DNA of 64,000 nucleotides from Armatimonadota bacterium (GTDB lineage Bacteria; Armatimonadota; SYMT01): NCBI GenBank assembly GCA_041690135.1, contig JAWLHY010000001.1, positions 160,001 to 224,000 of the forward strand, read 5' to 3'. Shown piece by piece: positions 48,501 to 56,307 of this stretch (position 1 is its first letter; each line of letters starts with the position of its first letter). The notes under the pieces were generated by a model. It saw only the letters and a program-made list of their open reading frames with translations, ran no database searches and was not told where the DNA came from. The position numbers and the translations under genes were made by a program.

Positions 48501-49144
48501 CTCAAGGTGATTTGCAAAGAGCGTGGAAGGCGGCTGCGCTGAGCGAACAAGAGCTAGTGAGGGTAAAGAGATTGGATCTTAGTGGATGCTCTTCACTCTG
48601 CGATTTGTCACCACTCAGGTTGCTGCAGAATTTGGAACATTTGGAGCTTCGTCAGTGTCCTGGAATAAGGGATCTTAGTGTGCTCGGAGAATTGAAAGGG
48701 TTGAAGTTGTTAGATTTGGATGGCTGTGCGACAGGCTGTGCTATTGAGTCGGTTGTTGTGAATCTCGAGGAGTTAAATGAGCTTAGCGTAAGTGAACCTC
48801 TGGATTTGTCATGTTTGTCTCACCTGACCAAGTTGCGTTGTTTGCATTTGCACTTCCCTATAGAGGGAGACCTGGATCTGTCGGCGCTGGCTAGGCTTCA
48901 ATCATTAGAGATGATTTGTTGTGAACCAGGGAGAAGAGTGATGCTGGCCAATGAGTTCGTGGCGAACCCATCACTGATAATCTCTCCAGGAGTCAGAAGC
49001 TTGTACGAAGAATCTTCGGGGAGACGCCGTATTCGTGTTTCGAGAGACACGCAGACGAGTCGCGGAAATGCATTGGGGGGCAGCGAAGATATTCAGGGTG
49101 ATACACTAAGGAAGGCTAGGCTTGGCCGGCCCCGGAGGACGTAA
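45581..49144 (+). CDS. Metallophosphoesterase-NACHT NTPase-LRR protein (NLR-like)
   Basis: HLTDLH, FTGD, PGNHD, GHMH; GDPGSGKS, VLLDGLDE, LLTSR, FMHLSLQEYFAA; LDLSGCSSLCDLSPL-type LRRs; clearly lower GC than flanks. Confidence 0.9.
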   Translation: MTNMRVFNWLHLTDLHYGLTEQVHLWPNVRTSLFEDLGRIHDTAGPWHAVLFTGDLVQSGDEKEFNALTDEVFGPLWERLSVLGSPSPTLLTVPGNHDLSRPKGKHPSAALRQLLRPQGLLEVSGEFWDEPDSEYRQVIDEAFKNYQSWLRAAHYRNGVQIAEGLLPGDFAASIELAYPTTNLKIGIAGVNTTFLQLIAGDFEKKLAWHVKQLHQACGEDISRWAHSHDACILLTHQGPSWLDEQSREDTYPEINPAGRFAVHLFGHMHDTAVRSAIVGGGESIRLWQTRSLFGLEKYGEPPTFDRQHGYSAGRLQFDEQSATIRLWPRRAFKDANGWRFGRDDEKCILREFDGGTEPDSVVRKNSVATAGKTFSGSYPDAAMARTPSPPAKPHPVVPTISKWSWPYQEPKFRPYCEAVCKAHSHIRFVEIPHLKDVSDVEMDSLYVEPHLCVEELDPDLPTFRWPLTLDVLSVLRGHRHVVLLGDPGSGKSTLVSCIAWQLCRPTPSPTNALAKQFAGCIPIPMILRELRLKADITWEGLLDAFLEHRIGRLLGDRQTIQELLNSGRAVVLLDGLDEVGNLAIRRRLKDAVHEGLAASPNSIWLLTSRVVGYDAVPFHYRVEEAPRSTAIRTTDGKTVSSRNEIQVTVAERFFLAPFNDDQIGEFSLKWYTQHEREQEVIALNAEGFVNAIRENSGTQRLARIPYLLTLMALIHHKNARLPHGRTELYERIATAYLESIDVRRHLDQLPYSLSQKKRWLAYVAYQMQLRRSKGANRTEQSQILASNQEVERWIKDAMTESIEGSADEAKVLLDYFAKRSGLLLPRGEGKFAFMHLSLQEYFAACFMEARLTASRFASDRRKHNPSDKQLRAWANDEGWREAFVLLFELLSEKSISETEAFLKHLFEGRLPSDTGGQEFTAAGLLAELATDPFVSFTAETRRKCRQDAWRWMFKQGERSHYSRNNVTRAFVREAQGDLQRAWKAAALSEQELVRVKRLDLSGCSSLCDLSPLRLLQNLEHLELRQCPGIRDLSVLGELKGLKLLDLDGCATGCAIESVVVNLEELNELSVSEPLDLSCLSHLTKLRCLHLHFPIEGDLDLSALARLQSLEMICCEPGRRVMLANEFVANPSLIISPGVRSLYEESSGRRRIRVSRDTQTSRGNALGGSEDIQGDTLRKARLGRPRRT

Positions 49145-49366
49145 GGGGTTAGGGCATAGGTATCAAATTAGGCCTGATTGGTTACTTCTGCAGGCACGCC
49201 GAGGCCATTCGGAACGGCTCGCAATGGCAACCGCTGTTACGGTTGGGGATACGCTGACTCGTTGTCCGGCGTCTGAATCCGGGGCTGATGCGTTCCGAAA
49301 TGCGGCATTTTTGGGCCTCGACAAGCTCGGGGAAAGCTTATCTTGATACCGATGCCGTTAGGGTGT

Positions 49367-49659
49367 GGCGGTGTGCAGCGCGAGTGGGGCCGCACGCAGG
49401 GCGGTTCAGGTTTTGGCGAAAGCTACTTCGCAGCCCCGGAGGGGCGACCGGACATTAGCCGGGGGTGCGAACCCCCGGATGCAGAGCGCGCAGAGAACGA
49501 GCCCCGGAAGGGCGGCAGAGCTCAAATCCTACGAAAACTGAACCGCCCTGGGGCCGCACGGGTCAGGTCATCCCGGCAGAGGGTCCTTGCCGGGATGACG
49601 GGCTGTCGCGAGGAGTGTACCCGAAAAGGGTAGGGACGTCCACTAATTAAGGCCGGGGC
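49367..49659. repeat. Right copy of the direct repeat, interrupted by a MITE
   Basis: Same 129-bp unit plus a 164-bp insertion; its end overlaps the last codons and stop of the 49647-51194 gene. Confidence 0.9.
49397..49550. mobile_element. 154-bp MITE with 13-bp terminal inverted repeats and 10-bp target-site duplication
   Basis: CAGGGCGGTTCAG / CTGAACCGCCCTG ends; GGGCCGCACG at 49387-49396 and 49551-49560; single copy of the target in the left repeat. Confidence 0.85.
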
Positions 49660-51194
49660 AGGTAGAACAGGCCGGTGCGGGCGCCGACCCAGACGCCGCC
49701 CCCCGCGACCGGATGGAGTGCCTGGAGTTCCGTATCGAGGAATTCGATCCGGTCGTTGAGGCGGAGCACGCCGGCCGTACTCACTTTCCAGAGACCCCGG
49801 CGGGTGGTAACCAGGAGTGAGTTCCCTCCGGCGGAGGCGATAGCCGTGACGTTTTCTCCCGCCAACTCTGGTACCGACACCCAACGGTCGCCATGATACC
49901 GGACCAGGCCTCCGACGAAGGTCCCCGCGTAGAGGCTATCCCCGCGCGCGTGAAGGGCGGTGATCCAGTCGTCCGTCAGGCCGTGCCGCTCGTCGTGCCA
50001 GCGGACCGTGCCGCGGGAGCGCGAGACCTCCGCAATGCCGCGGCCCTGGGTGCCGACCCACATGCGGTCGCCGCGAGGAAGCAGGGCGGTCACCGGCAGG
50101 CCCTGGAGATCCGGCAGCTTGAGGGAGTGCTTCCAGGCCTGGCCGTCGAATTCGCTCCACCCGCCCCATTGACCGGCGTAGAGGCGTTTCCCGTCCGTGG
50201 TGAGCACAGAGACCTGCCGGCGAGGAAGCCGGAACACCTCCCGGCGCCAGCCTTCCGGGGTCCAGCGGTCCACCTTTCCATTGCCGTGCCGCAGGTAGAG
50301 GGCATTCCGGAAGACGGCCATCTGCCGCGGCGCGTTTGAAGAGAGCAGGGGGGAGCCTACCCGTGACCAACGGTCTCCGGCCTTGACCACGAGCCCCTCC
50401 TCCAGCGTACTCACGAACAGCCGACCCTGAAACTGTGCGAGGGCCTGGCAGTTGTGGTCCTGCGGGCCGCCGGGCATGGTGACCGGCTCGACCCTGGGGC
50501 CGCGACTCCGCCACAGGCCATGACGCGCGGTGCCGATCCAGAGGGTGCCGTCCTGTTTTGCCAGCGCCGTGATTTCTCGCGCCGGCGCAGGGAGCGAGGG
50601 GCCGGCGGGCTTCCATGCGGCTCCGTTCCAGGCGTAGAGGCGATCGCCGAACGAGGCCGCCCACAGCTCGCCGGGCCGTGGCAGCAGGGCACTCAGGTGG
50701 GTACCCGTGCCCGGAGGCATGCCGACGTCGCGCCAACCCGCGCCGGTTTCCATCCGCAGGCCGGCGAACGTGGCGGCACACCGGCGACCCTGCCAGCGGG
50801 TGGTGCAAAGGGTTCCTTCCAGCGCCGCATTGATGGGCTTCGACTCCCGCGTCTCTTCGTGACGCCACTGGCCGGCGTGCCACACGGCGTGGGAGCGGGG
50901 GAAGACGGCCCGGACGCCGGGCTCTCCGGGAAGGAAGGCCCGTACCTCGTGCGAGGGGAGCCCCTCCGCGCGAGTGAACCGGGTCCACTGCCCCTGGGGG
51001 CTTCTTCGCAGAATGCCTCCCGCGGTTCCGACCCACAGCGTACCCTCCGCCTCCGCCCACAGGGCCGTCACCCGGCGGGTGCTGGTGAACACCTGGACCG
51101 GTGCCCCGGCCGGTCGGGTGTCACCGCCGGCCGGGGGTAGGGGAGCCGCCCCGAGCACGGCTCCCAGTCCCAGCAGCAACAGGACCCGCGTCAT
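49647..51194 (-). CDS. Secreted beta-propeller protein (two-component regulator propeller-like repeats)
   Basis: LWVGTAGG, EGLPSHEV, GLTDDWITAL repeats; signal peptide. Confidence 0.8.
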   Translation of the reverse strand: MTRVLLLLGLGAVLGAAPLPPAGGDTRPAGAPVQVFTSTRRVTALWAEAEGTLWVGTAGGILRRSPQGQWTRFTRAEGLPSHEVRAFLPGEPGVRAVFPRSHAVWHAGQWRHEETRESKPINAALEGTLCTTRWQGRRCAATFAGLRMETGAGWRDVGMPPGTGTHLSALLPRPGELWAASFGDRLYAWNGAAWKPAGPSLPAPAREITALAKQDGTLWIGTARHGLWRSRGPRVEPVTMPGGPQDHNCQALAQFQGRLFVSTLEEGLVVKAGDRWSRVGSPLLSSNAPRQMAVFRNALYLRHGNGKVDRWTPEGWRREVFRLPRRQVSVLTTDGKRLYAGQWGGWSEFDGQAWKHSLKLPDLQGLPVTALLPRGDRMWVGTQGRGIAEVSRSRGTVRWHDERHGLTDDWITALHARGDSLYAGTFVGGLVRYHGDRWVSVPELAGENVTAIASAGGNSLLVTTRRGLWKVSTAGVLRLNDRIEFLDTELQALHPVAGGGVWVGARTGLFYLPRP

Positions 51195-53725
51195 GGGTTC
51201 GTCTCCCGCATATCGACGGTGATGGTGGTGCGGTTATGCGCCCGGTCCGTAATGACATAGGTAACGGCCCACGGTTGCCCGCGATACGCCGCTGGCACGG
51301 TCACGCGCGCCCCAAAGCGGTCCCCCGAGGGGGCGAGCAGCACCTTTTCGCCCCATGGAAGGAGCGCAGCGACCCGGGCGGCGTCCGCGCCGGCTTCGAC
51401 CTGCAGGGATGCCATCTCGCCCGCGGGTCCCAGGCGACGCACGCCTCCGACTCCCGCCGGCGCCGTGAGATCGACGCCGTACTTCACCGCGATGACCCTT
51501 CTCGGGCCGGAGCGGGGGACGATGATCACCCGGACGATGTACTCCCCCTCGGCGGCATAGGTGGGAATGTCGAACCGCACCTCCCAGCCCCGCGAGCTCG
51601 GGACGTAGGCCAGGCGCTTCACCTCACCATCCGGCATCACCGCCACCACGTGGAGTGCGTCCACCGGTGCTTCGACCCGGATGAGCGGATCGCCCGTTTG
51701 CGCCGCCAGCAAGCCCCCGGCGGTGTAGGGATTGACCCCTTCCGGCGTTTCCACCGGCACTCCCACGCGGGCCGGATCGCCGCCGGGAGTCTTCCGCTGC
51801 TCTTCCACTGCCACAAAGCTGGTGAACTGCGTCACGAGGCGGTATTCGACCCCCAGTTGGGTGATCCGGGCCTTGAGCGGATCGGGGAAGCTGCCGTTCT
51901 GCAGGCCGGCCGGATCCTGCTGCATCAGGTGCTTGACGTGAGCGCGTGCCCAGAGAGCGGGCAGCGCCTCGTGGCTCCGTTCCGCGGCGGCGGGCGCGAT
52001 GCGGACCTTCCGCTCGAAGGCGCCCCGCGCGGTGCGTCCCCGGAGGGTGAGCGTGCCCCGGGGCTCGCCGCGCAGCCGGCCGTGGACCATCAACGGGCCC
52101 ACGCTGAACAGGTCCGGGATGGCTGCCGGAAACACGTCGCTGACCTGGAGTTCTCCCCAATCGAGGCGGATGTCCGTGAGCACGGGAGCCTGGATCCGCT
52201 CCTGGAAGCGGCGGACCGCGGCGTCCGCCTCCGAGTCGAGGGTGACGTACTCCACCTCTCCCCGGCCGGCGTGGGCCATGCCATCGAGCAGGAAGCGGTT
52301 CACGCTGCTCCCGATCCCGAACGAGAAGACGCGGGCGACGCCGGCATTCTTCCGGACTGCGGCGATGATCTCAAAGTCGTTGCCGACGTAACCGTCCGTC
52401 ATGAAGCAGACCACCCGCAGCCGCTCCGGGTCGCGTCGGCCCTCCAGGGCGGCCAGGACCGCGGGCATCATCTCCGTGCCTCCGGAGCCGGTGAGGTCGC
52501 CGAGGTAACGGCGCGCCCGCTCGCGGTTGGCGGGGGTGTTGCGCACCGGTCGCTCGAAGCAGCGCCCCATGCCGCCGGAGAAGCTCAGCAGGTTGAAGGT
52601 ATCGTCCGGCCCCATCTTCTCGATGCAGAGGCGCATCGTGTCCTTGGCCTTTTCGATCGGGAAGCCTTCCATTGAGCCGCTGCGATCGATCACGAAGATC
52701 ATCTCCCGCGGCCGGGCCTGGCGGGGTGTCACACGACGCGGCGGCTGCAGCACGAGCGTAAAGAACCGTCCGCGCGGGTCTTCGTGGACCAGCAGGGCGT
52801 CGGTGACCTCGTCCTTTACGGTCCGGTAGCGGAGGATGAAGTCCTTGTTCGGCAGCGTGGCCCGGTCCTTCAGGCTGACGACCGCGTGCGACGGGTCGGG
52901 CCGCTGGATGTCGACCTCATGGCTCGGGCACCGGATGTCGAAGAGCTCCGTGCCGGGGTCAAGGCGCACCGAGAGGCTGATGTCGTGACCGGCCCGCATC
53001 TGCGGCGGAAACGCCCCGGGTGTGATGCGGGAAGCATCCGGCACCCGGCCGGTGTCCGCCGCCACGCCGGTGCCGGTGCGGCCGGAGGGTTCCCCGGGAA
53101 TGTAGCGCGGCCCCACGACCATGGGAAAGACCAGCTCGTAGACGCCGTCATCGAACTTCAGCGTCTCCACGTAGGCGATCTCGATATCAATCGTGGCTCC
53201 GGGCTCGATGTTCGCCACTGCCTGCGTGAAGATGTTGGGTCGCTCCTGGTCGAGGAGACTGGCCACGTGACCGGCGCGCTTGGCGGTTTCGTAGACCTTC
53301 CGGGCCTGCTCGCGCGGCTTGACCTTGCCGACGATGCGGCGCTGGCCCACGGTCATCACCATCTCATCGACCGCGCTCTCCTGGGGCAGCGGAAAGATGT
53401 AGACGGCCTCGATCTTGCGATCCAGCGGGTTGGTGAATGTCTGGCGTACCCGGGTCCGCGCCACGTAGCCGCTGACCTGTGTCTGCACATCCGTGTGTTT
53501 CAGGGGGCAGGCGCCCACGGGTTTGCCCCGGTCCAACAGCCGGAGCTCTCCGCCCGTCGCCTTCTGGCTCTCCTGCCCCTCTTTCGTCGGGCTGGACGCG
53601 GCCGTTTCCGCCCGGGCCGCTCCCGAGTTCTCGCGGCCGCCTTCCCGCCCACCCGGACCCAGGCCGAAGGCCAGGAGCCCGTGAAGGAGAAGGACAAACC
53701 CCCATCCCAGGTACGTGCGTTTCAT
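51191..53725 (-). CDS. Secreted VIT plus vWA domain protein
   Basis: VRQTFTNP...EAVYIFPLP (VIT); FVIDRSGSM MIDAS, GGTEM, FMTDG. Confidence 0.9.
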   Translation of the reverse strand: MKRTYLGWGFVLLLHGLLAFGLGPGGREGGRENSGAARAETAASSPTKEGQESQKATGGELRLLDRGKPVGACPLKHTDVQTQVSGYVARTRVRQTFTNPLDRKIEAVYIFPLPQESAVDEMVMTVGQRRIVGKVKPREQARKVYETAKRAGHVASLLDQERPNIFTQAVANIEPGATIDIEIAYVETLKFDDGVYELVFPMVVGPRYIPGEPSGRTGTGVAADTGRVPDASRITPGAFPPQMRAGHDISLSVRLDPGTELFDIRCPSHEVDIQRPDPSHAVVSLKDRATLPNKDFILRYRTVKDEVTDALLVHEDPRGRFFTLVLQPPRRVTPRQARPREMIFVIDRSGSMEGFPIEKAKDTMRLCIEKMGPDDTFNLLSFSGGMGRCFERPVRNTPANRERARRYLGDLTGSGGTEMMPAVLAALEGRRDPERLRVVCFMTDGYVGNDFEIIAAVRKNAGVARVFSFGIGSSVNRFLLDGMAHAGRGEVEYVTLDSEADAAVRRFQERIQAPVLTDIRLDWGELQVSDVFPAAIPDLFSVGPLMVHGRLRGEPRGTLTLRGRTARGAFERKVRIAPAAAERSHEALPALWARAHVKHLMQQDPAGLQNGSFPDPLKARITQLGVEYRLVTQFTSFVAVEEQRKTPGGDPARVGVPVETPEGVNPYTAGGLLAAQTGDPLIRVEAPVDALHVVAVMPDGEVKRLAYVPSSRGWEVRFDIPTYAAEGEYIVRVIIVPRSGPRRVIAVKYGVDLTAPAGVGGVRRLGPAGEMASLQVEAGADAARVAALLPWGEKVLLAPSGDRFGARVTVPAAYRGQPWAVTYVITDRAHNRTTITVDMRETNP

Positions 53726-53914
53726 ACGCCCTCCTTGAAAACAAACTTTAGTTTGATTTAGACGCGCGCAGAATCGCCCCAGGTGTGCGTGGGGAGCGGT
53801 TCCGACCGGGATCAGTGGCGGTCGGCGGGGCGGCGAAACGCGCCGGTGTGAACTCTGCTGGGATAGTCCCAGGTCCGCAGCGGCGAGTTCAACAATTCAC
53901 GAAGTTGTTTGGCG

Positions 53915-54991
53915 TCAGACCTTTGCGTAGAGGTTGAGGAGGCGGAGGAGGCTGCCGTTGGGGACGTACTCGTTCCTCTCGACCTTGCGGCCGTTGCCGG
54001 TGCGGCCGCGGTTCTCGAACAGGGCGAGCGCCACCTGGCGACCATCCGGATGGAGGTCCAGGTCGTATCCCGTGGGCCCGGGGATCGAGTGGTAGGTCTC
54101 CGCCTGGTCCGGTTTCCAGAACCAGACGGCCGCGCCACTCTGTCCTTCTCCGCAGCCGACGAGGGTGCCGTCCGCCAGAAAGCGGAGGGCGTTGATGAAG
54201 CCGTCCGCCTTCTCTTTGATCCGGAACTCCTGCTTCGTCTGTCCGGAGCGCCAGTCGAGCAGGAGCGCGCAGGGGGTGCCGGGGCAGAAGGTGTTGCTTT
54301 CGGCGTCGGCGAGGCCGGAACAGAGCAATCCCGACCCAGCGGCATCGAACGTGAGAGCGCGCACGCCGCCCACGTCTGCCAGGAAGTTTTCCTTGCGGGT
54401 GTGCAGCCGCTTTGCGTCCAGGTCCCGGACCGCCTTGCCCGTGGCGAGGTCCCACTCCTTCACGACCCCGAACAGGTCGCCGGTGACGAGCGACTTGCCG
54501 TCCGGGTGGAACGCGGCACTGTAGATATAGCCCGCATGACCTGCCAGGACCGGCCCCGGTTTCCCTTCGCGGGCGTGCCAGAGGCGCACGGTCCGGTCCA
54601 TGCCCGCGCTGGCCAGCCAGCGGCCGTCCGGGCTGAGGGCGAGGGCGCGCACCCATGAGGAATGAGCCTCTGTTACGCTCCACGCGCGCCGGACCCCGTC
54701 GGTGGTGTAGGTCCAGCCGCAGAGGTTGCCGTGGTAGTCGGCGGAGTACAGGCGGGCGGCCTGCGGATCGGGATCCACCACGAGACCGCCGATCCAGCTC
54801 GTGTGGCCGGGGGTGCTGATCTTCTGGTCGGTCTCCAGGTCCCAGCGGTGGAGCAGGGGCTCCAGCCCGCCCGCGAAGAGGTAGCGGCCGCAGGGGGAGA
54901 AGCGGAGGCGGGTGAGCTGCCGGTCGTGCTTGAACGACTTGCCGGGGTGGGCTTTGACGGGTTCCAGCATGGGGGACGTGCCGTTCGTCAC
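53915..54991 (-). CDS. WD40-repeat protein
   Basis: AHSSWVRALALSPDGRWLASAGMDRTVRLW and related repeats. Confidence 0.9.
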   Translation of the reverse strand: MTNGTSPMLEPVKAHPGKSFKHDRQLTRLRFSPCGRYLFAGGLEPLLHRWDLETDQKISTPGHTSWIGGLVVDPDPQAARLYSADYHGNLCGWTYTTDGVRRAWSVTEAHSSWVRALALSPDGRWLASAGMDRTVRLWHAREGKPGPVLAGHAGYIYSAAFHPDGKSLVTGDLFGVVKEWDLATGKAVRDLDAKRLHTRKENFLADVGGVRALTFDAAGSGLLCSGLADAESNTFCPGTPCALLLDWRSGQTKQEFRIKEKADGFINALRFLADGTLVGCGEGQSGAAVWFWKPDQAETYHSIPGPTGYDLDLHPDGRQVALALFENRGRTGNGRKVERNEYVPNGSLLRLLNLYAKV

Positions 54992-56295
54992 GCCAGCACC
55001 TCCTGGATCGGCGGGCAGTCGTCCCGCACCACGGGGAGCGGCTGCTCGTTGTTGACGTACTCCGTCTTCGTCGGGTCGACACCCACGCAGCGGAAGACGG
55101 TGTGGAACAGGTGGCCCACGTCGTAGGGGGTGCTGTCGACCCAGGTGCCTTCCCGGTTGGTCTTACCGACGACGACTCCGCGCTTGATTCCGGCGCCGGC
55201 CAGCGCCAGCGACCATGCCTCGGGCCAGTGGTCGCGGCCGATCCGCTGATTGATCTTGGGTGTGCGGCCGAACTCGGACATCAGCACTACCAGCACATGG
55301 TCCAAAAGGCCCCGGTCGTTCAGGTCGTCGAGGATCGCGGCGAAGGGACGGTCGATCTGGGGAACCAGGTCGAGGTGCATGTTGAAATTGTCGCCGTGGG
55401 TGTCCCAGTGGTAAGAGGTGACCTGCACGAACCGGACCCCGGCCTCGAGAAGCCGCCGCGCCTGGAGCAGATGGCGGCCCAGGGGATGTGTGCCGTAGCG
55501 CTCCACATCGCGCGCGGCCAGTTGGGAGTCGTCGAAGAGGTCCTTGCGGCGCATCAACTGCTGGGCTGTCTGGTAGGAGTACTCGTAGGCGTCGACCTCC
55601 GAGGGGCGGCGGCCCTGCCGGAAGCGGGCATTCGCCTTCAGGCGCAGCGCGTTGCGGGCCTCGTCCACTTCTTCGGTGATTTTGCCGGGCCGGTGGATGT
55701 GGATCGGCGGTTTGCCGTCGCCCAGCGCCAGGGCGCCGTACTTCGCCCCCAGGAAGCCCGCGTGCTGGTAAATGAAGCCGCCGGATCCGGGCTTGATCCA
55801 GATGTAGGGCGGGAGGCCGTTCCGCGACTCCGGGGTGAGGTGAGTGACCGCGGAGCCCAGGTAGGGGTAGTCCACGCCGCGGTTCTTGGGATCCCCGCGC
55901 AGGATGCGGGGCACTCCCGTGGAGTGGTTTTCATCCTGGGTGCACATGCTCCGCACCACGGCAAGCTGGTGCATGCGCTTCGCCGTATGGGGCATCAATT
56001 CGCTGATCTGCACGCCCGGCACCGAGGTGGGGATCGCCCGGAACGGTCCGCCGTACTCCGTCCCCGGCTTGGGGTCCCAGCTTTCCAACTGGCTGATGCC
56101 GCCGTCCAGCCAGATCAGGAGCACCTGGCGTTCCTTCGCCTTCATCTCGGCGGCCAACGAAGGTCGCAGCAAGCTGCCCAGCCCGGTCAGGCCCGCCGTC
56201 GCGCCACCCAGCATGCCGAGGAGCTTCCGGCGGGAGAACCCATGTTCCGACGAGCGGCATTCGTAGGGACGCTTTTCAGTCTCTGTATGGACCAA
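54988..56295 (-). CDS. DUF1501 family protein with Tat-like N-terminus
   Basis: SRRKLL, WLDGGISQLESWDPKP, WDTH, SEFGRTP, GRDHW. Confidence 0.9.
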   Translation of the reverse strand: MVHTETEKRPYECRSSEHGFSRRKLLGMLGGATAGLTGLGSLLRPSLAAEMKAKERQVLLIWLDGGISQLESWDPKPGTEYGGPFRAIPTSVPGVQISELMPHTAKRMHQLAVVRSMCTQDENHSTGVPRILRGDPKNRGVDYPYLGSAVTHLTPESRNGLPPYIWIKPGSGGFIYQHAGFLGAKYGALALGDGKPPIHIHRPGKITEEVDEARNALRLKANARFRQGRRPSEVDAYEYSYQTAQQLMRRKDLFDDSQLAARDVERYGTHPLGRHLLQARRLLEAGVRFVQVTSYHWDTHGDNFNMHLDLVPQIDRPFAAILDDLNDRGLLDHVLVVLMSEFGRTPKINQRIGRDHWPEAWSLALAGAGIKRGVVVGKTNREGTWVDSTPYDVGHLFHTVFRCVGVDPTKTEYVNNEQPLPVVRDDCPPIQEVLA

Positions 56296-56307
56296 GGCTT
56301 CCGATCC

